Shown: positions 27,195-36,862 of the stretch, piece after piece
How positions within the stretch are numbered: the first letter of the stretch is position 1
Layout: each line of letters begins with the position of its first letter
From: Eubacteriales bacterium
GTDB taxonomy: Bacteria; Bacillota; Clostridia; Oscillospirales; CAG-272
Length of the DNA: 64,000 nt
NCBI GenBank assembly: GCA_045650025.1
Contig: JAZRQR010000020.1
Coordinates: 11,077-75,076 of the forward strand
Direction: 5' to 3'
Made by a program: the position numbers and the translations under genes
Notes under the pieces: generated by a model
The model's database searches: none
What the model saw: the letters and a program-made list of their open reading frames with translations, nothing else
Told to the model about the DNA's origin: nothing

Positions 27195-28340
27195 ATGCAA
27201 AAACAATTGTTTTCCGTTTTACTGCTCTGCGCGCTGCTGCTGGGTCTTGCAGGCTGCGCAGGCGCATCGCATGGCGCGGGCGAGACCTATGCCGTGCAGC
27301 AATACCGCACGACCATGCAATATTACGAGGATTTTAAGATCTTGCAGATCGCCGATTTGCACCTGGGTATCGAGACTGACGTGGCACTCCAGCTGCAGAT
27401 CCTGCGCGACACCATTCGCCGTGAGCAGCCCGACCTGATTGTTCTGACGGGGGATAATTTTATGTATGCCTCCAAGGGCGTAGTCAAGAGCCTGATCTCC
27501 ACACTCAACGAGGAGTGCGCGGCATTGACCACGGCACGCAACGGACGCCTGACCAAGTTTACGCTGACCTTTGGCAACCACGACAATCAGGGCGACTACG
27601 CGCGCTACTACATCAACGACGTGATCCGCACTTACGTAACTGCCGACGGTAACGAGATCGCCGATCGGAAATTTGCAGCCTTCGTGGACTACGAGGACGA
27701 TGCGCTCTTCGGTCTTGCCAATTTCTACATCGATCTGGTGGATGACCGCACCAAGAGCACCGATACCGTGGACGTCAAATACCGCGTGCACATCATTGAT
27801 TCCAACACCTACCACTTTATGGGGCCCGACTACGACTACGACGTCATGCACCCCGAGCAGCTGCAGCACGCGCAAAACGTTTACGAGCAGGCAACTGCCG
27901 ACCGCGACTACATCGGTCTTGCGTTTTTCCACATTCCGCTGTATGAATTTGAGCAAGCCTACGAGCAATACTCCTCGGCGGCTGCTCCCGAGCAGGTAGG
28001 GCAGGGCGAATACCGTGAGGGCGTGCTGTACGGCTACGAGAATAACGGTGCATACAGTATGCTGCGAGCTACCAATATCGTGGCGTATTTCTGCGGACAT
28101 GACCACATCAACTACGGTGATATTATCTTCAACGCGCACAGCGCGTCCGCTGCAGATCGCGCCATTTTCTCCTATGGCGTCAAGAGCACCAATCAGCTCT
28201 ATCACGATACCGACCTGATCGGCTACAAGACCATTACGCTGCGTGACGTGTCCGTAGAGGACTTTCTCTCCATGGATTACGTAGGCAACAACTTCCAAAA
28301 CTATACGAAAGGATACGGCAGCTATGAAAATGACAACTAA
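27195..28340 (+). CDS. Metallophosphoesterase lipoprotein
   Basis: Lipobox LGLAGC; ADLHLG, GDNF, GNHDNQ, GHDHIN motifs. Confidence 0.8.
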   Translation: MQKQLFSVLLLCALLLGLAGCAGASHGAGETYAVQQYRTTMQYYEDFKILQIADLHLGIETDVALQLQILRDTIRREQPDLIVLTGDNFMYASKGVVKSLISTLNEECAALTTARNGRLTKFTLTFGNHDNQGDYARYYINDVIRTYVTADGNEIADRKFAAFVDYEDDALFGLANFYIDLVDDRTKSTDTVDVKYRVHIIDSNTYHFMGPDYDYDVMHPEQLQHAQNVYEQATADRDYIGLAFFHIPLYEFEQAYEQYSSAAAPEQVGQGEYREGVLYGYENNGAYSMLRATNIVAYFCGHDHINYGDIIFNAHSASAADRAIFSYGVKSTNQLYHDTDLIGYKTITLRDVSVEDFLSMDYVGNNFQNYTKGYGSYENDN

Positions 28341-29271
28341 AAAAATCTGTATCGTGCGTGCCGTAACCCCGGTGCTGTTGCTGCTTGCATGCTTTTACTC
28401 GTACGATTTTTACAAATGCCTTTCAGGCTTTATTGCAAACGGCTTTCGCGAGCCGCTTGTCATGCTGCCCATGATTTTAGCGTACTTTCTACCGGTGTTC
28501 TGCTTTTGGGCATCCTTTTATGACTTTTACGTACGCGCCGTGCCCCCCGTTGCAAAAACCATCCTCTCGGTGCTTGTCGCGCTGTACGCCGCGGCTGAGC
28601 TTGTGCTGATTGTGCAGAAGCTGCCGCTTTACCAAAGCAACAATGCGCTTGGTGTGTATGATGCGCTGCCCAGCTTTGGGCTGCATTTCCCCTACGACAT
28701 GCTGATTCTGCTTGGCTGCATGATACTCTGGCAGATCTTCCGCCTCGCCGTTGGCAACAGACAGAGCACTCGCGCAGGTGCGTTTCTTGAGAGCTGCAAG
28801 CAGCAGGGAACGCTTACGCTGCGCGTCTGGGAATACGTTCTTCTTTGCATACTTTCATTCGTGGTATTCGTGTTCACGGGAGCCGGCATTTGCGCCACCT
28901 TTACTGCAATGGAAAACGCGCTGTATGACGCACGCTACCTGTTCCTTTTGCTGTGGGTCGCGCTGATCCCCATGGCAAATCTGGTTGTGCTGGCTGTCAA
29001 GCCCCAAGCCATCAAGACCACCAAGCGCACAAAGCTGACCGTGCTTGGCTCGCTTGTGGCAGTCAACCTGGTATTCGGTGTGCTGTTTTTGGTGCTTGAG
29101 CTGACTCAGCCCGATTTTCTGGTGCACGTTGGCAAGCCGCTATTCCTGATCGCCTTTTCGGTGTCGCTCCCCATTGAGCCCGGTGTGATTCTGGGGATCA
29201 TGGCGCTTGGCACCGTGATTGCGGCGGTGCGCATGATCAAGGTTACTGTCAAGCAGGCAGAGGAGGCGTGA
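28324..29271 (+). CDS. Hypothetical polytopic membrane protein
   Basis: 315 aa, about 8 TM; 17-nt overlap with upstream gene. Confidence 0.5.
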   Translation: MKMTTKKICIVRAVTPVLLLLACFYSYDFYKCLSGFIANGFREPLVMLPMILAYFLPVFCFWASFYDFYVRAVPPVAKTILSVLVALYAAAELVLIVQKLPLYQSNNALGVYDALPSFGLHFPYDMLILLGCMILWQIFRLAVGNRQSTRAGAFLESCKQQGTLTLRVWEYVLLCILSFVVFVFTGAGICATFTAMENALYDARYLFLLLWVALIPMANLVVLAVKPQAIKTTKRTKLTVLGSLVAVNLVFGVLFLVLELTQPDFLVHVGKPLFLIAFSVSLPIEPGVILGIMALGTVIAAVRMIKVTVKQAEEA

Positions 29272-29272
29272 C

Positions 29273-29623
29273 GTGGGAAACGAAAAGGTTTACAATATGG
29301 CGTTTGCCAAGGTGTACCCTCTGTTGATCGCCAAAGCAGAGAAAAAGGGAAGAGTGCGCGCAGAGGTGCTGGAGGTGACCGCGTGGCTGACGGGATATGC
29401 GCCTGAGCAGATCGAGGCTTGCCTTGTAACTGACCTCTCCTATGGAGATTTCTTTCGCATGGCGCCCGCGCTGCACCCCTCTCGCACCCTGATCACCGGC
29501 ACGGTATGCGGTATTCGCGTGGAAACGGTGGAGGAGCCGCTGATGCGCGAGATGCGCTATCTGGACAAGCTGGTGGACGAGCTTGCAAAGGGCAAGCCGA
29601 TGGACAAAATATTAAGAGGATAA
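29273..29623 (+). CDS. DUF2200 domain protein
   Basis: MAFAKVYPLLIAKAEKKGR pattern; GTG start 1 nt after upstream stop (ATG 29297 alternative). Confidence 0.55.
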   Translation: MGNEKVYNMAFAKVYPLLIAKAEKKGRVRAEVLEVTAWLTGYAPEQIEACLVTDLSYGDFFRMAPALHPSRTLITGTVCGIRVETVEEPLMREMRYLDKLVDELAKGKPMDKILRG

Positions 29624-29634
29624 GGAAGCATACT

Positions 29635-30351
29635 ATGTTTGATTTTCAGGATAAGGTGGCTGTGGTGACAGGCGGCGCAAGAGGCATCGGAAAGTGTATT
29701 GCCGAGCAATTTTTGGCTGCGGGCGCACACGTCTGCATCATTGACGTGCTGGAAAATGACTATTTCGTGGGCGATCTGGCGGACAAAGCTACGTTGGAGG
29801 CGTTTGCAGACAGGGTCATTGCCGAGTATGGGCACGTGGATTACCTGATCAATAACGCCGCCCCCTTGTCGCGCGGCATTGATGCTTGCAGCTACGAGGA
29901 GTTTGAGTACGCGCAAAGGGTGGGGGTTACCGCGCCGTTTTATCTCTCTAAGCTGTTTGCGCCGCATTTTGCCAAGGATGCAAGCATTGTCAATATTTCG
30001 TCCTCGCGCGATCGCATGAGTCAGCCGGGGACCGAGAGCTATACGGCTGCCAAGGGTGGCATTGCCGCGCTGACGCACGCTTTGGCGGTCAGCCTTGCGG
30101 GAAGGGTGCGCGTCAATTCCATCTCGCCCGGCTGGATTGACAACGCCTATACCGTATACGAGGGTGCAGACGCGACCCAGCAGCCTGCAGGCAGAGTGGG
30201 CAACCCGCCCGACGTTGCCAATATGGTGCTGTATCTGTGCTCGCCCATGGCAGGCTTTATCACAGGCGAGAATATCTGCATTGACGGCGGTATGACACGC
30301 CACATGATCTACCACGGCGATCACGGCTGGACGTTGGAGAGCAAGGCATGA
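29635..30351 (+). CDS. SDR family oxidoreductase
   Basis: TGGARGIG cofactor motif, S...YTAAK catalytic motif. Confidence 0.85.
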   Translation: MFDFQDKVAVVTGGARGIGKCIAEQFLAAGAHVCIIDVLENDYFVGDLADKATLEAFADRVIAEYGHVDYLINNAAPLSRGIDACSYEEFEYAQRVGVTAPFYLSKLFAPHFAKDASIVNISSSRDRMSQPGTESYTAAKGGIAALTHALAVSLAGRVRVNSISPGWIDNAYTVYEGADATQQPAGRVGNPPDVANMVLYLCSPMAGFITGENICIDGGMTRHMIYHGDHGWTLESKA

Positions 30352-30860
30352 TTATTCTGATTACAGGCGCATCCCACGTGGGCAAGACCGCACTCTCGCA
30401 AAAGCTGCTGGAGAAATACGGCTATCCGTACCTCTCGATCGATCACCTCAAAATGGGATTGATCCGCAGCGGCAATACCGACCTGACGCCCATGAGCGAG
30501 GACGGTGCGCTGACCGCGTATCTTTGGCCTATCGTGCGTGAAATGATCAAAACCGCCATTGAAAACGGGCAAAACCTGATCGTGGAGGGCTGCTATATCC
30601 CGTTTGATTGGCAAAACGACTTTGAAGAAGCGTATCTTGCGCACATCCGCTACTATTGCCTTGTGATGAGCGAGCAGTATATCCGCACACACTTTGACGA
30701 TATCAAGCGCTACGCAAGTGTGATCGAGCGCCGCTTTGACGACACGGATTGCACCCTGCAAAGCGTGCTGCACGATAACGCCGAGGTGCTGCGCAATGCC
30801 AGAGAGCACGGCGTGCCGTACGTGCTGATCAATGAACGTTACGAAATCCATATTGAGTAA
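30348..30860 (+). CDS. P-loop NTPase (2-phosphoglycerate-kinase-like small ATPase)
   Basis: Walker A GASHVGKT; ATGA overlap with SDR gene. Confidence 0.5.
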   Translation: MIILITGASHVGKTALSQKLLEKYGYPYLSIDHLKMGLIRSGNTDLTPMSEDGALTAYLWPIVREMIKTAIENGQNLIVEGCYIPFDWQNDFEEAYLAHIRYYCLVMSEQYIRTHFDDIKRYASVIERRFDDTDCTLQSVLHDNAEVLRNAREHGVPYVLINERYEIHIE

Positions 30861-30866
30861 AATGCT

Positions 30867-31616
30867 ATGAATCCATATTTGAAAAATCTCAACAAAATCG
30901 AGTTCGTGGTGACCAATGCCTGCACGGGCAAGTGCAAGCATTGCTCGCAAGGGGAGCACGATGGGGGCGGTGTGCATATCGATTTGCGCGTTGCCGCCGA
31001 TGCGGTGCGCAAAATTGCAGGCGCTTACGACGTTCAAACCGTCATGACCTTTGGCGGTGAGCCGCTTTTGTACCCCGATGTGGTGTGCACGATCCTGGAG
31101 ACCGCCAAGGAGCTGCACGTTCCCAAGCGTCAGGTCATCACCAACGGGTATTTTTCCAAGAATGCCAATACCGTCCGTGCTGTTGCGGAGCAACTTGCCG
31201 CGTGCGGTGTCAACGATCTGCTGCTCTCTGTGGACGCGTTCCATCAGGAGACCCTCCCGCTTGAATCGGTCAAGCAGTTCGCCGCCCAAGCCAAGGCATG
31301 CGGTATTCCCATGCGCCTCTCGCCCGCGTGGTTGGTCAGCCGCGAGCACGACAATCCCTATAACCGCCGGACGCGCGAGATTCTTGCTGCCTTTACAGAC
31401 CTGCAGATTCCGCAAGGGGAGGGCAACGTGATCTTTCCCGAGGGCAACGCGCGCAAGTATCTTGCCGGGTATTTTGTGGATTCCCAGCCAGAGAACCCCT
31501 ACGTGGACGATCCGTGCGACGTGCGCTGCGCATCTTTTTCGCCAAACGGTGACGTGCTTGGCGGTAACGTGTACAAGCAGGATATCATGGAGATCCTGCG
31601 ATCCTATACCCCTTAA
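30867..31616 (+). CDS. Radical SAM protein, function unknown
   Basis: CTGKCKHC (CX3CX2C), FGGEPLLYP, ITNGY blocks. Confidence 0.8.
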   Translation: MNPYLKNLNKIEFVVTNACTGKCKHCSQGEHDGGGVHIDLRVAADAVRKIAGAYDVQTVMTFGGEPLLYPDVVCTILETAKELHVPKRQVITNGYFSKNANTVRAVAEQLAACGVNDLLLSVDAFHQETLPLESVKQFAAQAKACGIPMRLSPAWLVSREHDNPYNRRTREILAAFTDLQIPQGEGNVIFPEGNARKYLAGYFVDSQPENPYVDDPCDVRCASFSPNGDVLGGNVYKQDIMEILRSYTP

Positions 31617-31620
31617 AGGA

Positions 31621-32403
31621 ATGATTATGACGAACCAACAAATCTTACAAATCGCCATAGCGCAATCCGCGCAGGATCTGTGCGCCGAGGTCTCCGACTT
31701 TGAAAAGAGTGAGAACGTGATCGTGACCTCGCGCGAAAACGAGCACGCACGCCGCTATTTAAAGCTGCCGTTTTCCTGCCAGCTGGTGTCGTACGGCAAC
31801 AACGTGGTGGCGTCGGTCTCGCCTGAATTTCGCGAGATTACCGAGCAGTACATAAACAAATATCCCGTGGAGCATCTGTTTGAAACGCCAAATATGCACG
31901 TGCTGGGCGAGGCGCTGATGCAAAAGGGGCAGAAGATCTGCTTTATGGCGGAGTATTTTTTGCCCGACGTAGAGGTGCTTTCTCAGCGGACCGTCGACAC
32001 TTGCCCATACGAAACAAGGATTCTCACGCAGGCGGATTTTGCCGAGCTGTATCTGCCCGAATGGTCCAATGCGCTCTGCAAGGATAGGAAACACTTGGAC
32101 GTGTTGGGCGTGGGCGCGTATGACGGGGAGCGACTGATCGGACTTGCGGGCTGCTCGGCGGACTGTGACAGTATGTGGCAGATCGGCATTGACGTACTGC
32201 CCGCGTACCGCAGGCGGGGTATTGCCTCAGCACTTACAAGCCGCCTTGCCACCGAAATACTTTTGCGCGGTAAGGTGCCGTTTTACTGTGCAGCCTGGAG
32301 CAACATCAAGTCGGTGCGCAACGCGCTGCGCAGCGGTTTTCGCCCCGCATGGGTAGAAATGACTGCCAAGCCCTGCGAAACGGTAGACGGAATGAATCAA
32401 TGA
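31621..32403 (+). CDS. GNAT family acetyltransferase
   Basis: C-terminal VLPAYRRRGIASALTSRL acetyl-CoA motif; start 31621 or 31627. Confidence 0.65.
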   Translation: MIMTNQQILQIAIAQSAQDLCAEVSDFEKSENVIVTSRENEHARRYLKLPFSCQLVSYGNNVVASVSPEFREITEQYINKYPVEHLFETPNMHVLGEALMQKGQKICFMAEYFLPDVEVLSQRTVDTCPYETRILTQADFAELYLPEWSNALCKDRKHLDVLGVGAYDGERLIGLAGCSADCDSMWQIGIDVLPAYRRRGIASALTSRLATEILLRGKVPFYCAAWSNIKSVRNALRSGFRPAWVEMTAKPCETVDGMNQ

Positions 32404-32415
32404 AGGGGAACTTAC

Positions 32416-33069
32416 ATGGAGAACAACCATAGCATTCTCATAGAAAACGCCCGCGCCTACGTGCAGGCGTTGTTTGCAGGCGAATCCAGCGGGCACGATT
32501 ATTATCACACTCTGCGCGTGTTCAAAATGGCAACGCGTATTGCCCGGGCGGAGCAAGCCGACGTGGAGAGTGTGCAGCTGGCGGCGCTTTTGCATGACGT
32601 GGATGACCGCAAGCTCTCGCCCGAAACCTATGCCACCCAAGCCAACGCGCGCCGCTTTTTGCAAGAGCAGGGCGTGGACGAGATGCGCGCAGCGCGTATC
32701 TGCCGCATTATCTCGCAGGTTTCCTTTTCGGCAAACGGCTCTGCCGCCCCCGATACGCTCGAGGGAAAATGCGTGCAGGATGCTGACCGTCTGGATGCCA
32801 TTGGTGCCATTGGCATTGCCCGCGCGTTTGCGTACGGCGGTAATCACGGGCGGCTGATGTACGACCCCGAGGTTGCGCCGAGGGCGGACATGACCGCACA
32901 GGAGTACGCTAAAAGTAAATCCACCACCGTCAATCATTTTTATGAAAAGCTGTTCAAGCTGACCGATTTGATGCAAACGCCCACCGCCATTGCCATTGCC
33001 AAGGCGCGGCAAGCGTATATGCGCGCCTATATTGAGGAATTTATGGCGGAATGGGACGGGCTTTGCTAA
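32416..33069 (+). CDS. HD-domain phosphohydrolase
   Basis: HDYYHTLRV ... LLHDVDD metal-binding motifs. Confidence 0.8.
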   Translation: MENNHSILIENARAYVQALFAGESSGHDYYHTLRVFKMATRIARAEQADVESVQLAALLHDVDDRKLSPETYATQANARRFLQEQGVDEMRAARICRIISQVSFSANGSAAPDTLEGKCVQDADRLDAIGAIGIARAFAYGGNHGRLMYDPEVAPRADMTAQEYAKSKSTTVNHFYEKLFKLTDLMQTPTAIAIAKARQAYMRAYIEEFMAEWDGLC

Positions 33070-33170
33070 GGCGCGCGGGCGCACGGTTGCCAAGGTGCGA
33101 CCGAACATATCCGAATGTCAAATTGCACGAAAATATTATAAAAATATTGTGAAAAAGTTTCAAAAACCTC

Positions 33171-33199
33171 TTGACAAACGCGCATACATATGCTACAAT
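33171..33199 (+). promoter_or_regulatory. Promoter TTGACA-N17-TACAAT with A/T-rich UP region
   Basis: Hexamers 33171-33176 and 33194-33199. Confidence 0.8.
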
Positions 33200-33284
33200 A
33201 TAGTGCCGCATAAAATAGGCTTTTTAAGTATGCAATTTTTATAGGGTTGCATCGCCGAATTTAGCGAGACTATATGAAAGAGAG
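33200..33284 (+). promoter_or_regulatory. Possible ribosomal protein L21 leader
   Basis: About 95-nt 5' UTR before rplU with hairpin ATGCAA-N11-TTGCAT; L21 leaders are known upstream of rplU in Firmicutes, not verified against a model. Confidence 0.35.
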
Positions 33285-33293
33285 GTGCTTTTC

Positions 33294-33605
33294 GTGTTTG
33301 CAGTAATTGAAACCGGCGGAAAGCAGTACAAGGTACTCGAGCAGGACATCATCTATGTCGAGAAGCTCAATGTTGAGGAAGGCAGCGAGATCGTTTTTGA
33401 TAAGGTCGTTGCAGTTTCTACCGACGCAGGCTTTAAGGCAGGCGTTCCCACCGTTGACGGCGCTAAGGTAACCGCTACTGTGCTGAAGAACGGCAAGAAC
33501 AAGAAGATTTACGTTATGAAGTACAAGCCCAAGAAGAACGAAAAGAAGAAGATCGGTCACAGACAGCCTTACACCAAGGTTCAGATCACTAAGATCGAAG
33601 CTTAA
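33294..33605 (+). CDS. rplU: 50S ribosomal protein L21
   Basis: (V)[13 protein letters not shown]; GTG 33294 nine nt after GAAAGAGAGG. Confidence 0.95.
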   Translation: MFAVIETGGKQYKVLEQDIIYVEKLNVEEGSEIVFDKVVAVSTDAGFKAGVPTVDGAKVTATVLKNGKNKKIYVMKYKPKKNEKKKIGHRQPYTKVQITKIEA

Positions 33606-33617
33606 TTTTCGGTTCTT

Positions 33618-33980
33618 ATGACCAAGCTGGTATTTTTCAGAAGCGACGGAATTTTCTACGGCTTTGAGGAACAGGGACACACGGGATACGGACAAGAGGG
33701 TGACGATATCATTTGCGCGGCACTGTCGGCAATGACCATGCTCATCATCAACACCGTCGAAGTGGCGTATGCATCGCATATTGATTACAATATCGATGAA
33801 TCCACCACCAAGATCGTTGTGAAGTCCAAGTCGGCTCTCCCCGAATTTGAGGAGGACGATTATAAGCGGTATGCTGTTTCGGGCATCTTCATGGCTTATT
33901 ACAAGCAGATTGAGGATATGATCGAAGAGTATTACGATTTCCTGGACGTATCTGTAATCGACAAACCGTACGAGTCGTAA
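33618..33980 (+). CDS. prp: Ribosomal-processing cysteine protease Prp
   Basis: GHTGYG...DIICAALS His/Cys dyad; located between rplU and rpmA. Confidence 0.85.
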   Translation: MTKLVFFRSDGIFYGFEEQGHTGYGQEGDDIICAALSAMTMLIINTVEVAYASHIDYNIDESTTKIVVKSKSALPEFEEDDYKRYAVSGIFMAYYKQIEDMIEEYYDFLDVSVIDKPYES

Positions 33981-34046
33981 ACCACGTAATTTTTCAAATT
34001 CAGAATCCCCGAGGATTGGGATCGCATTAAAGATGGAGGTAAGATC

Positions 34047-34325
34047 ATGTTGAGACTTAGTTTACAGTTCTTTGCTCATAAAAAGGGTGTCGGCTCTACT
34101 AAGAACGGTCGTGACAGTGAGTCTAAGCGCCTTGGCGTTAAGAAGGCTGACGGTCAGGCAGTTATCGCCGGCAACATCATCGTAAGACAGAGAGGAACCG
34201 CTATCCACGCTGGTAACAACGTTGGCATGGGTACTGACCACACTCTGTACGCGCTGATCGACGGCAAGGTAAAATTTGAACACAAGACTAAGGACAAGAA
34301 GCAGGTCAGCGTTTACGCAGACTAA
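34047..34325 (+). CDS. rpmA: 50S ribosomal protein L27 (with N-terminal pro-peptide)
   Basis: [24 protein letters not shown]; extension ending in FF-A fits Prp cleavage. Confidence 0.95.
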   Translation: MLRLSLQFFAHKKGVGSTKNGRDSESKRLGVKKADGQAVIAGNIIVRQRGTAIHAGNNVGMGTDHTLYALIDGKVKFEHKTKDKKQVSVYAD

Positions 34326-34345
34326 TTCAAGGACCTTGAGTCAAA

Positions 34346-34380
34346 CGTAAAAGGGGTGCTATGACAGCGCCCTTTTTACG
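34346..34380. terminator. Bidirectional terminator hairpin 1 (rpmA / glpK)
   Basis: CGTAAAAGGGGTGCT-ATGAC-AGCGCCCTTTTTACG. Confidence 0.8.
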
Positions 34381-34387
34381 TACCATA

Positions 34388-34420
34388 AAGCCCTCCATAC
34401 CTTGGCGGTATGGAGGGCTT
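34388..34420. terminator. Terminator hairpin 2 (proximal to glpK stop)
   Basis: AAGCCCTCCATACC / GGTATGGAGGGCTT 14-bp stem. Confidence 0.7.
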
Positions 34421-34424
34421 CTGT

Positions 34425-35909
34425 TTATTCGCTGAGCGTGCGCTTGACGGCGGTTTTCCAGCCGTTCAGAAGCGATGCTCGCTGCTCCGTTTGCATATCG
34501 GGGGAGAAGCTTGCGTCCTCTTGGTAGATCGAACGAATGTCGTCCAGAGAGCTGTAAAGCCCCACGGCAAGCCCTGCCAGGCAGGCAGCGCCCAATGCGG
34601 TGGTTTCAATGCATACGGGGCGCACAATGCGGGCGTTCAGCATATTGGCTTGGAACTGCAACAGGAAGCGGTTGGCGCTTGCGCCGCCGTCCACCTTCAG
34701 AGCGTGCACCTGTGTGCCGGCCTCTTGCTCCATCACTGCAAGCACGTCTGCGGTCTGGTACGCCATTGCCTCCAGCGTTGCGCGTACGATATGTGCCTTG
34801 GTGGTTGCGCGTGTCAGACCCGTAATGCTGCCTCTTGCATAAGCATCCCAATAAGGTGCACCCAAGCCTACAAAGGCGGGAACGAAATACACGCCGCCGC
34901 TGTCGGGTACGCTCAGGGCAAGGCGTTCGGTGTCTGCGGAGGATCGGATCAGCCCAAGTCCGTCGCGCAGCCATTGCACGGCAGCGCCGCAGATAAACAC
35001 CGAGCCCTCCAGCACGTACTGAGTCTGGTCGCCAATGCGCCATGCAATCGAGGTGACCAAGCCGTTTTGCGAGGTGACGGGCGTCGTGCCCGTATTCATC
35101 AGCATAAAGCCGCCCGTACCATACGTATTTTTTACGTCACCCTTACAGAAGCAGCATTGCCCAAACAAGGCGGCCTGCTGGTCTCCTGCAACGCCTGCAA
35201 TCGGAATTTCGGTGCCAAAGAGCGTCGGCTTAGTGTATCCGAATACGCCCGAGGAGGGGAGCACGCGGGGCAGCATGCAGGCGGGAATCCCAAACAGATC
35301 CAAAAGCTCCTGATCCCAGCAAAGGTCGTGAATATTATAGATCATGGTGCGAGCCGCATTACTGGGGTCGGTGGCATGCACCTTTCCGCCCGTCAGCATC
35401 CAGATCAGCCAGGTGTCGATCGTGCCGAACAGCAGGTCGCCGCGCGCCGCTTTTTCCATAGCGCCGGGCACGTTTTGCAGGATCCAACGAATTTTGGTGG
35501 CGGAGAAATAGGCGTCGATCAAAAGTCCGGTTTTTTCGCGCACCGAACCCGCATAGCCTCGCTCCTTGAGCGCATCGCAATATGCAGCCGTGCGGCGGCA
35601 TTGCCAGACGATGGCGTTATAGATAGGCTTGCCGGTGTGTTTATCCCAAACCACCGTGGTCTCGCGCTGATTGGTAATGCCGATGGCAGCAATGTCGCTG
35701 CTGTCCAGTCCGGATTTTGCCAGCGCCTCGTGGGCAACACCAATCTGCGTTGCCCAAATTTCGGTGGGATCGTGCTCCACCCAGCCGTCAGCAGGGAAGC
35801 ATTGCGTAAATTCCTTTTGCGCCGTGGCGATCATATCGCCGTTGCGCGAAAAAATAATGGCGCGGCAGCTTGTCGTGCCTTGATCCATTGCAAGCAGATA
35901 CTGTTTCAT
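34425..35909 (-). CDS. glpK: Glycerol kinase
   Basis: [20 protein letters not shown] start; full-length FGGY signature; exact promoter 35943-35971 excludes longer ORF. Confidence 0.95.
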   Translation of the reverse strand: MKQYLLAMDQGTTSCRAIIFSRNGDMIATAQKEFTQCFPADGWVEHDPTEIWATQIGVAHEALAKSGLDSSDIAAIGITNQRETTVVWDKHTGKPIYNAIVWQCRRTAAYCDALKERGYAGSVREKTGLLIDAYFSATKIRWILQNVPGAMEKAARGDLLFGTIDTWLIWMLTGGKVHATDPSNAARTMIYNIHDLCWDQELLDLFGIPACMLPRVLPSSGVFGYTKPTLFGTEIPIAGVAGDQQAALFGQCCFCKGDVKNTYGTGGFMLMNTGTTPVTSQNGLVTSIAWRIGDQTQYVLEGSVFICGAAVQWLRDGLGLIRSSADTERLALSVPDSGGVYFVPAFVGLGAPYWDAYARGSITGLTRATTKAHIVRATLEAMAYQTADVLAVMEQEAGTQVHALKVDGGASANRFLLQFQANMLNARIVRPVCIETTALGAACLAGLAVGLYSSLDDIRSIYQEDASFSPDMQTEQRASLLNGWKTAVKRTLSE

Positions 35910-35942
35910 AACGCGTCTCCCGTCACAAGTTACTACAATGTG

Positions 35943-35971
35943 ATTATACCATGCTTCTCCTTGCGTGTCAA
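35943..35971 (-). promoter_or_regulatory. Exact consensus promoter TTGACA-N17-TATAAT for glpK
   Basis: Plus-strand ATTATA 35943-35948, TGTCAA 35966-35971; embedded 8-bp inverted repeat CCATGCTT/AAGCATGG (35949-56/35970-77). Confidence 0.8.
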
Positions 35972-35984
35972 GCATGGATCTTGT

Positions 35985-36033
35985 GTAGCCGTACGGGGGT
36001 CGAACCAATTCGGTTCGATTCCCGTACGGCTAC
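35985..36033. repeat. 49-bp palindrome between divergent promoters
   Basis: GTAGCCGTACGGG (35985-97) / CCCGTACGGCTAC (36021-33) plus inner TCGAACC/GGTTCGA. Confidence 0.7.
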
Positions 36034-36037
36034 CCTC

Positions 36038-36066
36038 TTGACACGGAATTTATTCGGTGATATAAT
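36038..36066 (+). promoter_or_regulatory. Exact consensus promoter TTGACA-N17-TATAAT
   Basis: Hexamers 36038-36043 and 36061-36066. Confidence 0.8.
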
Positions 36067-36160
36067 GAAAACACCGTCCGGAGTCGAGTGGCAGTTACAG
36101 CGATTTTGCGACTGTTATGGGGATCAGGATTGACGAGTCATGATTTTTTAAAGGGTTGAT

Positions 36161-36862
36161 ATGATGAAAAAATTTCGTTTGGTCAGTTATAATATTTGCT
36201 CCGCGCATTTTGCGGGTGGGCACTATACGGAACAGAATCTGCATGACCTGGCAGACACGCTGAAGGATCCGAGCTTTGACGCGGTTTGTCTGCAAGAGGT
36301 GGATAAGGGCGCAGCCAGATCTGAGGGCGTGGACATGACCGCGCGTCTTGCTGAGCTTGCGGGCTACACGCATACCTATTTCATAAAAATCCGCGATTTT
36401 CAGGGCGGGGAATACGGCACGGCGATCCTTGCGCGTCATCCTATTCTGGAGTCTCAGACCTTGAACTTTGCCGTCAAGATCGCCAAGCAGGGCACATCCT
36501 GCGGCTACGTGGTGCTGGACGTGCAGGGGGAGCGCGTGACGCTGTTCAATACGCACCTTTCCATTGAAAGTGATGAGGCGAACACCGATACTATGCTGTG
36601 CCTGGGCGACATCCTCAACCAATATGCAGACGAAAACGGAGCAAGAATTCTGTGCTGCGGAGATTTCAATACCAATCCCCCCAAGCTTGCAGAATACCTG
36701 CCCCGCTTCTTGCGCGCCAATGCGGATCTCCTTACCTATGCGGACAGAAGCATTGACAACGTGCTGTATCTGGGTTATCAAGTGGAAAACGTTCATACGG
36801 TCGATACGACCACCTCGCGCGTGACAGACCATAACATGCTGGTCTGCGACGTGCTGTTATAA
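36161..36862 (+). CDS. Endonuclease/exonuclease/phosphatase (EEP) family protein
   Basis: SYNICS N-terminal and TDHNMLV C-terminal motifs. Confidence 0.75.
   Translation: MMKKFRLVSYNICSAHFAGGHYTEQNLHDLADTLKDPSFDAVCLQEVDKGAARSEGVDMTARLAELAGYTHTYFIKIRDFQGGEYGTAILARHPILESQTLNFAVKIAKQGTSCGYVVLDVQGERVTLFNTHLSIESDEANTDTMLCLGDILNQYADENGARILCCGDFNTNPPKLAEYLPRFLRANADLLTYADRSIDNVLYLGYQVENVHTVDTTTSRVTDHNMLVCDVLL

Noticed and set aside
30867-31616. Radical SAM + P-loop kinase + HD hydrolase as a viperin-like antiviral nucleotide-modifying system
   Set aside because: The radical SAM protein lacks the viperin-type CNxxCxxCF context and C-terminal NTP-binding motifs. The neighbours are generic, and there are no defence-island hallmarks. 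It is kept only as a low-interest operon observation.
36009-36033. GGTTCGATTCC in the palintrome resembles a tRNA T-loop, suggesting a tRNA fragment
   Set aside because: The flanking 5-nt segments do not pair as a T stem, and no acceptor or anticodon arm can be built. The similarity is limited to the loop consensus.
34410-36041. 543-aa ORF on the plus strand
   Set aside because: It is the exact antisense shadow of glpK, which has an unambiguous full-length kinase signature, an SD and a perfect promoter.
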